From: a virus
Lineage: Duplodnaviria; Caudoviricetes
Length of the DNA: 24,528 nt
Virus record (IMG/VR): IMGVR_UViG_3300023296_000605
Coordinates: 1 to 24,528 of that record
Strand: one strand, 5' to 3'
Shown: piece by piece, positions 9,033 through 19,093 of the stretch
Layout: each line of letters begins with the position of its first letter
How positions within the stretch are numbered: the stretch's first letter is position 1
Made by a program: the position numbers and the translations under genes
The notes under the pieces: generated by a model
Told to the model about the DNA's origin: nothing
What the model saw: the letters and a program-made list of their open reading frames with translations, nothing else
Database searches by the model: none

Positions 9033-9470
9033 ATGAATGTTTTTACAATGAATTTCGAACAAAGACTCGCGGAATGGCATAGACTAAGACAATCACTTGA
9101 CCAACTTGATCTGGAATATACATGCGTAGAAGTTGACAAGTTTTGGCAACAATGCCCATTAAACAAATATTATTTACATCCACACGACATAGCAATCTGG
9201 CCAAAGCCTTGGCAGTTACTACACGATAACATATATTGTTACTATTCCAGAGCGTTAGGAATGATATACACATTAGCTTTGTTGGGTATAAAAGAGGTTG
9301 ACTTGGTATCAGCAACCGATTACAATGGCATAGATGTGGTATTAGTCTTGGTAGACAACGCAAAGTATGCATTGAATTACTGGCCAGACTGCGTGTTAAA
9401 TACTCAGTTGGAAAAATTCACAAATATCAAGCATATTGACATAACGACAATACACCACAATACAGACTAG
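9033..9470 (+). CDS. Hypothetical protein, possibly transglutaminase/papain-like fold
   Basis: 145 aa filling the gap before nrdA. W/P-rich WPKPWQLL followed by NIYCYYSRALGMIYTL. Confidence 0.7.
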   Translation: MNVFTMNFEQRLAEWHRLRQSLDQLDLEYTCVEVDKFWQQCPLNKYYLHPHDIAIWPKPWQLLHDNIYCYYSRALGMIYTLALLGIKEVDLVSATDYNGIDVVLVLVDNAKYALNYWPDCVLNTQLEKFTNIKHIDITTIHHNTD

Positions 9471-9477
9471 GATAAGA

Positions 9478-11808
9478 ATGAATATAAAAGTTACTAAACG
9501 ATCAGGTAAGGTAGAAGAACTAGCCTTAGAAAAATGGCAAGCGCAAATAGCAAAAATATGTGAAGGAGTATCAGACGTATCTCAGTCGATGATTGAAATC
9601 ACTTCGCAACCACATTTTTTTGACGGTATTACTACCAGAGAAATCGATGGTCTTACGTTACGTGCTATCGTTGATCTAATCGATGTAGAACAAAATCCAG
9701 AAACAGGGCATACCAATTATCAATATGTGGCAGGCAAACAACGTTTGTCCATGTTGCGAAAAGATGTATATGGTGGTTATACTCCTCCGCACCTCTACGA
9801 AATAGTAAAAACAAATGTCAGTTCTGGATTATATACCCCAGAACTATTAGAATGGTACTCAGAAGATGAATGGAATAAGATGAATACCATCATCGATCAT
9901 GAAAAAGATGAAGGGTATTCATATGCCGCAGTAGAGCAAATGATCGGTAAATATCTTGTTCGCAATCGTTCAACCGGCCAGATATACGAGACACCGCAGG
10001 TAAGATATATAATTGCGGCGGCCACTGTTTTTCATAAAGAAGAACCACAGATAGCAAGAATGCGATTTGTCAAAGAATACTATCAATGTGCTAGTGACGG
10101 TTTATTTACATTAGCAACACCTGTACTTGCTGGACTCGGTACGCCTACTAAACAGTTTAGCTCTTGTGTTCTCATTAAAAGTGACGATGACTTAGACAGT
10201 ATATTCGCATCTGGCGAGATGATGGCAAAGTATGCGAGTAAACGGGCCGGCATTGGTCTTGAAATAGGACGATTAAGGCCCTTGGGATCACCGATAAGAG
10301 GCGGAGAGATCATGCATACAGGCATGATACCCTTCTTGAAGAAATGGTTTGGAGACTTGCGTTCATGTTCACAGGGTGGCATTCGAAATGCAAGTGCAAC
10401 AGTCTTTTACCCCATATGGCATCATCAGTTTGATGATTTGATTGTGCTTAAAAACAACCAAGGGACAGACGAGACAAGAGTTAGACACATGGATTACGGT
10501 GTTATTCTATCTTCGTTCTTTTGGAAACGGTTTAAAAACAAAGAAAATATTACATTCTTTGATCCAAATGAAGTACCTGATCTTTATGAAGCATTCTACT
10601 CAGATACTCCGTTATTCGAAGAACTCTATGTAAAATATGAAAAGAGTCGCAAACTCCGTAAGAAAACAATGTCAGCAGAAGAAGTATTTAAATCTGGTAT
10701 CTTAAAAGAAAGAACAGACACCGGTAGAATCTATCTAGTCTATATAGATAACGTAATGAATCAAGGCCCGTTCGATCCCAAAGTAAATCCGATCTATCAA
10801 AGTAATCTTTGTTTAGAGGTATTATTGCCAACAAAGCCCTTTAAACGATTAGATGATGATAAGGGTCGCATTGCCCTCTGCACACTTGGCTCGATCAACT
10901 GGGGCGCATTCCGCCACCCTGAGGACATGCGGAGAGCATGTCGCATACTACACCGTAGTTTGTGTAATATTTTAGAATACCAAGACTTCTTATCGATTCA
11001 AAGTAAATTAAGTAACGACGAAATATCTCCATTGGGTATTGGGGTAACTAATCTGGCATACTGGCATGCAAAGCGTGACTACAAATATGGAGATAAAGAT
11101 GCTCTTCAAGATGTTAAATCTTGGATGGAACACCAAGCATTCTTCTTGACTCAAGCAACAGTAGAACTTGCAAAAGACCGAGGGCCTTGTTTAGATTCAC
11201 ATAAAACATTTTATGGTCAGGGAGTTTTCCCATGGGAACGCAGAGCAAAAGGAGTTAACGAGTTAGTAAACTTTAAGCCTGAATGTGATTGGGAAACACT
11301 TAGAACAGATATGAAAGAGTACGGAGTCAGAAATGCAACGCTAATGGCGATTGCTCCTGTGGAATCTTCATCAGTTGTTATTAACTCTACGAACGGCATC
11401 GAAATGCCAATGAGTTTGATTTCGGTTAAAGAAAGCAAAGCAGGATCATTAACGCAAGTAGTACCTGACTATCACATCAAACGAGTAAGAAACTCTTATC
11501 AGATGATGTGGGAACAAACAGATTGTATAGATTATATTAAAACAGCATCGGTGTTAGCGGCCTATGTGGATCAAAGTATTTCAACAAATACATTCTACAA
11601 CCCTGCTTTCTTCGACAACCAAAAAGTACCAACAACATTAATCGCTACAAACTTGATGAAGGCCCATCATTGGGGATTGAAGACTTTTTACTACAGTTTG
11701 ATAAACAAAGCAGGCGTAAAAAGACAAGATGACGTAGTACAAATAGCAAAACAATACATAGACGATCCGGCATTTGATGATGATGACTGTGAATCCTGCA
11801 AATTATAA
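9478..11808 (+). CDS. nrdA: Ribonucleoside-diphosphate reductase class Ia, alpha subunit
   Basis: N-terminal ATP cone (VTKRSG), QFSSCVL, catalytic SNLCLE, ALCTLGSINW, KTFYY tyrosine pair and C-terminal CESC. Confidence 0.97.
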   Translation: MNIKVTKRSGKVEELALEKWQAQIAKICEGVSDVSQSMIEITSQPHFFDGITTREIDGLTLRAIVDLIDVEQNPETGHTNYQYVAGKQRLSMLRKDVYGGYTPPHLYEIVKTNVSSGLYTPELLEWYSEDEWNKMNTIIDHEKDEGYSYAAVEQMIGKYLVRNRSTGQIYETPQVRYIIAAATVFHKEEPQIARMRFVKEYYQCASDGLFTLATPVLAGLGTPTKQFSSCVLIKSDDDLDSIFASGEMMAKYASKRAGIGLEIGRLRPLGSPIRGGEIMHTGMIPFLKKWFGDLRSCSQGGIRNASATVFYPIWHHQFDDLIVLKNNQGTDETRVRHMDYGVILSSFFWKRFKNKENITFFDPNEVPDLYEAFYSDTPLFEELYVKYEKSRKLRKKTMSAEEVFKSGILKERTDTGRIYLVYIDNVMNQGPFDPKVNPIYQSNLCLEVLLPTKPFKRLDDDKGRIALCTLGSINWGAFRHPEDMRRACRILHRSLCNILEYQDFLSIQSKLSNDEISPLGIGVTNLAYWHAKRDYKYGDKDALQDVKSWMEHQAFFLTQATVELAKDRGPCLDSHKTFYGQGVFPWERRAKGVNELVNFKPECDWETLRTDMKEYGVRNATLMAIAPVESSSVVINSTNGIEMPMSLISVKESKAGSLTQVVPDYHIKRVRNSYQMMWEQTDCIDYIKTASVLAAYVDQSISTNTFYNPAFFDNQKVPTTLIATNLMKAHHWGLKTFYYSLINKAGVKRQDDVVQIAKQYIDDPAFDDDDCESCKL

Positions 11809-12372
11809 ATGATTTTAAGTGTTGATAATTTTTTAGACAACGAAACGTTTGACATACTAAACGCTTCTATGTTGTCAAAAATTGATAGTGCTAAATCCAG
11901 AAAGGCAGATGATGTAGGAAATGAAAAATCATATTCATTAGCATACACAGAACTACACGGTGATATTTTGTTTCCAAGTATGCATTTAGGCGCCCATATA
12001 GGACCTATTATTAATAAAGTTAGAAACTATATTGAGACTGCAATTGACAAGTCAATTCCAGATGTAGAAAGTACACATTATGCTTTTATGAATCAAGGTT
12101 ATATTATTAGAAGGCATGTAGATTCAAAATCAATACCAATTGATTTTGATGAATTAGCAAAGAATTATAAAGCATTTCTTTTTAGTCACAATGAATGGGA
12201 AGAAGAATGGGGAGGGCATCTGTGTTTTAGTACAGAGGAAGAATATTTACCTTTACCTAACAGACTAGTAGTATATACGACAGATGAACCACACTGGACT
12301 ATATTGATGAATGAAAAAAGCGGTGATGCTACACGAATGATTATGGGCATTAGATTTGGAAACTATTATTAG
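11809..12372 (+). CDS. 2OG-Fe(II) oxygenase (prolyl-hydroxylase-like)
   Basis: HxD (RRHVD), WEEEWGGHL, PNRLVVY, distal His (EPHW) and a downstream Arg. Confidence 0.8.
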   Translation: MILSVDNFLDNETFDILNASMLSKIDSAKSRKADDVGNEKSYSLAYTELHGDILFPSMHLGAHIGPIINKVRNYIETAIDKSIPDVESTHYAFMNQGYIIRRHVDSKSIPIDFDELAKNYKAFLFSHNEWEEEWGGHLCFSTEEEYLPLPNRLVVYTTDEPHWTILMNEKSGDATRMIMGIRFGNYY

Positions 12373-12381
12373 GAATATATA

Positions 12382-13485
12382 ATGAGTAAAGAACAATACG
12401 ATTTAACAAAGCAAACAGACTATCTGGACAGAAAGATGTTTTTAGATCCAGCTGGTCCAGTAACAATTCAGCGGTTTGAAGAAGTTAAATATGATAAAAT
12501 TGCCAACTTTGAAGAAACAGCAAGAGGATTCTTTTGGATCCCAGAAGAAATTAGTTTAACAAAAGATGCAAGTGACTTTAAAGAGGCAAGTGATGCAGTT
12601 AAACACATATTCACCAGTAACGTCCTGAGACAGACCGCACTAGATAGTTTACAAGGCAGAGGCCCTGTGCAAGTGTTCACGCCTGTTGTTAGTCTTCCTG
12701 AACTAGAAGCGTTGATGTACAACTGGTCGTTCTTTGAAACAAACATACACTCGCGTTCATATAGTCATATTATTAGAAATATATATAATGTACCAAAAGA
12801 TATATTCAATACGATACACGACACACAAGAAATTGCTGATATGGCATCTAGTGTGGGTGATTATTACGAGGGACTGCATCAATTGAATTGCAAGAAAGAA
12901 TTGGGTAAAAAAGTTTCTGAAGATGCTCATATTAAGGCAATCTGGCTGGCTCTACATGCTAGTTATGCCTTAGAAGCATTGCGATTTATGGTATCATTCG
13001 CTACCTCACTGGCAATGGTTGAGAATCGAATCTTTATGGGTAATGGCAACATTATTTCATTGATCTTACAAGATGAACTATTGCACAAGGGTTGGACAGG
13101 CTGGATCATTAATCAAGTTGTCAAAGAAGATGACAGATTTGCCAAAATTGCAAGAGAATGCGAAACAGAAGTATATAAGATGTACATGGATGTTATACGC
13201 GAAGAAAAAGAATGGGCTGATTACTTATTCCAGAAAGGGCCGGTCATCGGCCTTAATGCAAATATACTCAAAGACTTCGTAGACTACACCGCACTTGACT
13301 CACTCAAGTCAATTGGTATCAAATACCAAGAACCTGCGGCTAGAAATAGTCCAATACCGTGGTTTAATAAACACAGTGATACTAGTAAAAAACAGACAGC
13401 ATTACAAGAAAACGAATCTACTAATTACGTAGTGGGCGTGATGTCTGAATCGTTAGACTACGGTGCGTTACCAGAATTAAATTAA
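12382..13485 (+). CDS. nrdB: Ribonucleoside-diphosphate reductase class Ia, beta subunit
   Basis: FFWIPEEISL, LDSLQGR, ETNIHSRSY (radical Tyr), LEALRFMVSF, QDELLH and a C-terminal ALQENE..NY. Confidence 0.97.
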   Translation: MSKEQYDLTKQTDYLDRKMFLDPAGPVTIQRFEEVKYDKIANFEETARGFFWIPEEISLTKDASDFKEASDAVKHIFTSNVLRQTALDSLQGRGPVQVFTPVVSLPELEALMYNWSFFETNIHSRSYSHIIRNIYNVPKDIFNTIHDTQEIADMASSVGDYYEGLHQLNCKKELGKKVSEDAHIKAIWLALHASYALEALRFMVSFATSLAMVENRIFMGNGNIISLILQDELLHKGWTGWIINQVVKEDDRFAKIARECETEVYKMYMDVIREEKEWADYLFQKGPVIGLNANILKDFVDYTALDSLKSIGIKYQEPAARNSPIPWFNKHSDTSKKQTALQENESTNYVVGVMSESLDYGALPELN

Positions 13486-13554
13486 ATATAATTCGACCAG
13501 TCAGAACTGCATTAAATATAGATATAATAACATTAAACTAATCCAGGAGATACA

Positions 13555-13779
13555 ATGAAAGCAGTAGTATGGAGTAAAGATAGTTGCACCTATTGTGATC
13601 AAGCAAAGAAATTACTTGACACACATAATATTGAAATTGAAGAAAAGCAGATCGGCTCTGTCTACACATTGAAAGACTTGTTAGAAGTTGTGCCGAATGC
13701 TCAGACGGTACCTCAAATCTTTTTAAATGAAGAATATATCGGTGGCTACACTGAATTAAAAATAAAATTAGCGGGATAA
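13555..13779 (+). CDS. Glutaredoxin (RNR electron donor, T4 NrdC/Grx-like)
   Basis: CTYC active site, TVPQIF and IGGY motifs, AGGAG RBS. Confidence 0.92.
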   Translation: MKAVVWSKDSCTYCDQAKKLLDTHNIEIEEKQIGSVYTLKDLLEVVPNAQTVPQIFLNEEYIGGYTELKIKLAG

Positions 13780-13780
13780 G

Positions 13781-14095
13781 ATGAATATAGCAGATATAAA
13801 AATAAATACAGTTTACACATTTAAACTAAGCAGTGGTGAAGAATTAATTGCAAAAGTAACTGACCTTGACAGTCAAGGTGGCGATATTATTATCGAACAT
13901 CCTGTTTCTTGTGCACCAGGTCCACAAGGTATGGGACTTATCCCTAGTCTGTTCACCTACGATCCGCTGTTACCCGTAACACTAAATAGTACTAGCGTGT
14001 CACTCTTTGCCGAAACTGAGACCTCAGTTAGAGACAAATACAGAGAAGCAACAACAGGTATAACAGTACCAAATAAGCAAATAGTAATGGGATAA
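13781..14095 (+). CDS. Small hypothetical phage protein, possibly Sm-like beta fold
   Basis: 104 aa with FKLSSGEELIAKV, a pattern common in T4-like phage hypotheticals. Tightly packed between neighbours. Confidence 0.65.
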   Translation: MNIADIKINTVYTFKLSSGEELIAKVTDLDSQGGDIIIEHPVSCAPGPQGMGLIPSLFTYDPLLPVTLNSTSVSLFAETETSVRDKYREATTGITVPNKQIVMG

Positions 14096-14101
14096 CACTA
14101 C

Positions 14102-14380
14102 ATGGCTAAACTAAGTCGAGAAGGAGATAAGAATACTACAGGTGGAAAAATCCTTAAAGGTGCATCTACCGTATTCGCCAATGGCAAACCTATAGGCTTA
14201 CATGTTAGTGATATCAGTCCTCACGGACCCAAACCAAACAAAAAACCGCACAAAGCCGCAAAGACCACCGACGGCAGTCCTACTGTATTTTGTGAAGGTA
14301 AACCTGTTCTTAGGGTAGGCTCAAGTAATGATTGTGGTCACCAGATCGTTGAAGGCTCTGACAATGTGTTTGTACCTTAG
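14102..14380 (+). CDS. PAAR-family spike-tip protein (T4 gp5.4-like)
   Basis: SREGD..TTGG, GASTVFANGKP, GSPTVFCEGKPVLRVG, CGH and GSDNVFV motifs with His/Cys metal ligands. Confidence 0.9.
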   Translation: MAKLSREGDKNTTGGKILKGASTVFANGKPIGLHVSDISPHGPKPNKKPHKAAKTTDGSPTVFCEGKPVLRVGSSNDCGHQIVEGSDNVFVP

Positions 14381-14389
14381 AGGTAATTA

Positions 14390-17300
14390 ATGGCGCATAC
14401 AGGTAAACAAAGTCCGATTGGAATAAACGTTTTAGGCGGAATACTACAAAATAGATGTCTTCAGATCAATAAAAATGCTGAATACTATATGGGAATTAGT
14501 CGGTCTAATAGTACTTACACCTTTGGCCATCTCATAGAAGGCACAGTACTTCGAATGTTGACGTGGTCTATCAATGATGCATTTATTAGAGGCCAAGTCT
14601 CAGATGCAACTTACAACAATCTTATATCAATTAGTGGTGATGGAGCATGCCCAGCACTGGGGAATGCAAAACCACCTACTTATGTTATCGAAGATTCTTC
14701 TGGGATATGGACTGAAAAATCTTTAGCATTTGCTGGACTAACGACAGCAAACGTAGGCAGTTTTCTAATTGGTCCTACATATACTATTGTGACCGTCGGC
14801 AATACTGACTTTACTGCTTTAGGCGCCGCAGACAATATCATAGGAATTGAATTCGTAGCAACTGCTAGTGGGCTTGTAAATAGTGGTAATTTTGTTGTTA
14901 CACAAGAATATATAATAGCCTCTTTAGGAACAACTGATTGGGAAACTGCTGGAGCAACAGAAGCCTCAGAATTCACAGCAGAAATAGTAGACACTACCAT
15001 GACAGTAACGGCCATGGCAGAACTATATACTCCTCAAAATCTTGCTGTAGGAGATCAATTATATGGTCCAAATGATCTTGAGCCTGGAACTATTATTACA
15101 GCACAAGTTTCTGGAGCTCCTGGTGGAGTAGGAGAATACACAGTAGACATCGATCAATCAGTATCTACTGATACATTTAAGTCATTTAAAGTAGGACAGC
15201 GGTTGTATGCGGTAGATGTGGGTGACGGAACTGGAACAGCAACCCAAGGTACAGGAACAGTAACATCTCCAGCTTTGGTAGGTCCAGCAAACGCAGGCTA
15301 CTCAGTAGAAGGCGATACTAATTACGGACAATCAGCAACCTGGGCTCCATATGATACTACTAATACCAACAAAAGCATTACTCAGTGGGGTTGGATAAGA
15401 TGTCATGCTCTACAAGCACACAACGAATTTAATTGGCACGCCTCAGAGGCTTTAGAAGGACAAGCAACTCCTAAATATGAAGATTTTACCGCATCTTTTT
15501 CTACTGTAGATGGGTATATTAACTACACTAACTCTACCATTCAAACTGCTCTAAATGCTGACACCTTTTTAGAAGGCTCGTTTAGTAACATGGATGATTT
15601 GATGACCAGTGATTTTGCTGGCGTCAGTAAAGCACTTAAAGAATTTGGACTGGGATTAGAACATACCGGCAAACTAATAGATTTAAAGAGATTGGATAGA
15701 TTTGGTTATCCTTCGACTTTGTTGCAACAATTATACGTGAACGGTGGAATAACACAAGATTTAAACTTGTTATTGGGTGGAGCCGGTCTACCAGCTACGG
15801 CGATCAAAAAGATTTCTAAAGGACAGCGGGCCGCATCTGTCCTACAAGAAAAACAAATATACAGTGCATTCTTGGCAATCACTGGAGAGAATCTATACAA
15901 TTGTATTGCGCCATTAACGTCATACTGGCAACTTTTAACGAGTGATGCCTCTGATTATCCTATTAGGACTTTGGCTGATTGTTTAGATGTGAAACGATTG
16001 TTTCAATGGCAAAATGTATGGTCAACTCTAACTGTTCCTGTATACAATACCACTCTTAATATGCCTACTGGTTCAAAAACATATTACTTAATATATAACA
16101 GCGACGGATCAGTCAATTCAGCCATTAACACGAACGGTGTCAAGAAAATTGTCGGAACATTAGTTGTTTCAGGCACCCCTACTGTTAGAGATGACCGACC
16201 AGAAAATATTATTACAGAGACAGTAATTGGATTTGATTCTTATTTAGGTGGCCCTAATATAGTTATACCAACAGCTATTGGTCTGGCCGCCGCCGCATTT
16301 AGATACACCATGCTACAGATTAGTAATATCGAACAAATTACTCCAGGTAATATTGGTGGGTGTATTTCTGGATTAGAAATAAATTCTAATAATGGCTCAG
16401 GCGCAAACGGCACTGCACCTGAAACAACAGTTAACGATGACGGAACTACTACCACTACTCTTGCGAAACCCATTAACGAAACTTTGCAATCAGAAGTTGC
16501 ATTAAAAATAGCACAAGGCAGTGGAGTAGGAGGATTGTTTACTCATTCAGACTTCTTTGGTTGTATGTCTGGTCTGCCTTATGCTTGGAATATTATATAC
16601 AGAGAAATTAATAAAACAGGTGTTACTCAAACAACAAACCGTTCAACTCTTGCAAGGATTTATCAACAATTATATCTAGCAGTGGCATGGGAGCAAGCCA
16701 CTATTGCACCTATATATACTGGTACCGGTCCATACACTATTACTGGCTGGACTATCGTTGATTCTGGTGGAGGTTATGGACGAGCAGGCGCGGCTACCCC
16801 AACTATAGCATTCTCTGACGGTCTCACGGGTACCGCGACTATTGGTAGAAGTGATAAAGATACTGGTTCAAATGGTGCAGGCACTTTTGGTAGAGTAACA
16901 ACCATCACCGGAGCAACAGGTACTATCGCGAATATCCCGACAGCAACAATTGAATCTCCACCATCTGCTCAATACACTGCTTTTTCAACGAGTGGAGTTA
17001 ATGGCGGAACTATAAACTATGACACAGTTGTACAAGATTACATCGATGAAGCAAATGCCGAAATTATAAATATCGTGGATCCAGATGTAGGTTATACCGG
17101 CGGAGTGGAACAATTAAACTTAGCTTGGAATGTTTTGGGAAGACAACTCAAAGTAGAACAAAGATCGAGATATATAGCATTAAATCCAGTTGAAGTTCCC
17201 AGAGATGGATTCGTAAATAGTAATCAAAATATAATTAGTTTTGTTGATAGCATGCCCGAATACTCGCAAGATGTGAGGCCTCACATGTCAGCACAAACAA

Positions 17301-17866
17301 TCGAAATGATTGTAGACAGAGATTGTGACGTAGGCCAGAACATGGTTGCTATGATGAGACAAGAACGAAATCAAATGAAACTGACCGACTGTGGCATCCC
17401 GATGAACAACAATATTCCTGATCAGATGCCAGATGATCTTGCGCTAACACTAATTGTCAATAACACAGCTCCAGGGGCAATTGAAGGGATCAAGACCCCT
17501 GCAGGCATTGAATACACTAATCCTTCGTGGCCTGTTGTTGAGGGGAATTATATAGCACCTGAAGGAATATACGTGGCCCCTATTTTCTACCCAGTACCTG
17601 CAGTAACTGAAGGCGACTATACGCCTATTATCGAAGGGGTAGACAATCCACAAGTTTCTTCGTGGGTGACGGTTGGTCCTCCGAGTGCCCAGACCCAACC
17701 CCCTACTGTTGCTCAACCAGCATCAACAGCCGAGCCCGTTGTCATAAAAGCACCTAAATTCATTAACCCGAAACCATCAACTATTCCTGTTGGCCAACCA
17801 ACAATTGATGAAGCAATAGAGACAGTGATACACTGCAATTGCGATTGTTGGGAATTAATTAATTAA
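14390..17866 (+). CDS. Large virion structural protein (baseplate/tail associated?)
   Basis: 1158 aa directly after PAAR, with a GAGG RBS. Contains phage structural repeats (GSFLIG.TYTI...GNTDF; GGVGEYTV; SGGGYG...PT) and a Pro-rich C-terminus ending in CNCDCW. Confidence 0.65.
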   Translation: MAHTGKQSPIGINVLGGILQNRCLQINKNAEYYMGISRSNSTYTFGHLIEGTVLRMLTWSINDAFIRGQVSDATYNNLISISGDGACPALGNAKPPTYVIEDSSGIWTEKSLAFAGLTTANVGSFLIGPTYTIVTVGNTDFTALGAADNIIGIEFVATASGLVNSGNFVVTQEYIIASLGTTDWETAGATEASEFTAEIVDTTMTVTAMAELYTPQNLAVGDQLYGPNDLEPGTIITAQVSGAPGGVGEYTVDIDQSVSTDTFKSFKVGQRLYAVDVGDGTGTATQGTGTVTSPALVGPANAGYSVEGDTNYGQSATWAPYDTTNTNKSITQWGWIRCHALQAHNEFNWHASEALEGQATPKYEDFTASFSTVDGYINYTNSTIQTALNADTFLEGSFSNMDDLMTSDFAGVSKALKEFGLGLEHTGKLIDLKRLDRFGYPSTLLQQLYVNGGITQDLNLLLGGAGLPATAIKKISKGQRAASVLQEKQIYSAFLAITGENLYNCIAPLTSYWQLLTSDASDYPIRTLADCLDVKRLFQWQNVWSTLTVPVYNTTLNMPTGSKTYYLIYNSDGSVNSAINTNGVKKIVGTLVVSGTPTVRDDRPENIITETVIGFDSYLGGPNIVIPTAIGLAAAAFRYTMLQISNIEQITPGNIGGCISGLEINSNNGSGANGTAPETTVNDDGTTTTTLAKPINETLQSEVALKIAQGSGVGGLFTHSDFFGCMSGLPYAWNIIYREINKTGVTQTTNRSTLARIYQQLYLAVAWEQATIAPIYTGTGPYTITGWTIVDSGGGYGRAGAATPTIAFSDGLTGTATIGRSDKDTGSNGAGTFGRVTTITGATGTIANIPTATIESPPSAQYTAFSTSGVNGGTINYDTVVQDYIDEANAEIINIVDPDVGYTGGVEQLNLAWNVLGRQLKVEQRSRYIALNPVEVPRDGFVNSNQNIISFVDSMPEYSQDVRPHMSAQTIEMIVDRDCDVGQNMVAMMRQERNQMKLTDCGIPMNNNIPDQMPDDLALTLIVNNTAPGAIEGIKTPAGIEYTNPSWPVVEGNYIAPEGIYVAPIFYPVPAVTEGDYTPIIEGVDNPQVSSWVTVGPPSAQTQPPTVAQPASTAEPVVIKAPKFINPKPSTIPVGQPTIDEAIETVIHCNCDCWELIN

Positions 17867-17884
17867 TATTTTTTTATAGCCCAC

Positions 17885-17913
17885 TTGATCTATGTTAAAT
17901 ACTAGTATATAAT
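17885..17913 (+). promoter_or_regulatory. Sigma70-type promoter upstream of metK
   Basis: TTGATC (17885-17890), a 17-nt spacer and TATAAT (17908-17913). A TTAAATA lies within the spacer. Confidence 0.65.
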
Positions 17914-17938
17914 GTACTGAGTACAGGACCTACCAAAC

Positions 17939-19072
17939 ATGAGTTATTATTTTACAAGTGAAAGTGTAAGTGAAGGACATCCTGACAAAGTATCAGATGC
18001 TATTAGCGATGCAATTTTAGATTCGTTCATGCAACATAAAAATCCTGCATTAAGATGTGCATGCGAGACATTGGTTACAACTAATCAAGTCACCGTTGCT
18101 GGAGAATACAAAGGCGAAATCGACAACCTAGATGTTGAATATCTAGTCCGAAGAGTAGTCAAGAACATCGGCTACGAGCAACCCGGCTTTCATTGGAACA
18201 ACTTACAAGTGACTAATCTATTACATGGTCAGTCACCTGATATTGCTTTAGGCACTGATAAATTCGGTGCCGGAGATCAAGGCATAATGTTTGGTTATGC
18301 ATGCAATCAAACAGATAATTACATGCCTGCACCTCTATACTATTCTCATAGAATTGTAGAAATGTTAGCTGTTGTTAGAAAGCAAGGACTTCTTCCATGG
18401 CTGGGTCCAGATTCAAAATCACAAGTAACTATCGAATACAATGACGATTCCACAGTCAGGCGTATAGACAACATAGTATGCTCTACTCAACACGCAGAAG
18501 AGATAGATATTGATACAGTGAGAGAACAAATTAAAGAACTTATTCTTAAAACTGTACCAGAAGAGTTGGTTGATGACCAGACAAAATTCTTAATCAACCC
18601 TACAGGAAGATTTGTGATCGGTGGACCAGATGGAGACACAGGCCTGACAGGTAGAAAGATTATTGTTGACACATATGGGGGAAGTGCCCCGCATGGAGGT
18701 GGAGCATTCTCAGGAAAAGACCCTTCGAAAGTAGATCGATCTGCGGCATACATGGCTCGTTATCTAGCAAAGAATATCGTAGCATCTGGTCAGGCTGACT
18801 GGGCAACTATTCAATTAAGTTATGCAATTGGAGTAGAACAACCTACAAGTGTCTATGTCGAAAGTGACAAAGATAGCAGAGGCTTGACTAAGTGGATACG
18901 AGAAAATGTAGACTTGTCACCTATGGGTATTATTGATAGGTTTGATCTATTTTCTCCTATCTACAGTGCAACTACAAACTACGGTCACTTCGGCAAACCT
19001 TATTTGCCTTGGGAACAGATTGATCTTTTTCCTAAAACACCAAATAAAAAGAAGAAGACCAAGACTAAATAG
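17939..19072 (+). CDS. metK: S-adenosylmethionine synthetase
   Basis: FTSESVSEGHPDK, GAGDQG, GRFVIGGP.GDTGLTGRKIIVDTYGG, GGGAFSGKDPSKVDRS and YGHFG. Confidence 0.98.
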   Translation: MSYYFTSESVSEGHPDKVSDAISDAILDSFMQHKNPALRCACETLVTTNQVTVAGEYKGEIDNLDVEYLVRRVVKNIGYEQPGFHWNNLQVTNLLHGQSPDIALGTDKFGAGDQGIMFGYACNQTDNYMPAPLYYSHRIVEMLAVVRKQGLLPWLGPDSKSQVTIEYNDDSTVRRIDNIVCSTQHAEEIDIDTVREQIKELILKTVPEELVDDQTKFLINPTGRFVIGGPDGDTGLTGRKIIVDTYGGSAPHGGGAFSGKDPSKVDRSAAYMARYLAKNIVASGQADWATIQLSYAIGVEQPTSVYVESDKDSRGLTKWIRENVDLSPMGIIDRFDLFSPIYSATTNYGHFGKPYLPWEQIDLFPKTPNKKKKTKTK

Positions 19073-19093
19073 TATAATACAAAGGAGTTAATT

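Noticed and set aside
9478-13485. Introns or inteins in nrdA/nrdB
   Set aside because: Both ORFs are continuous and of normal length (776 and 367 aa), with no intein motifs.
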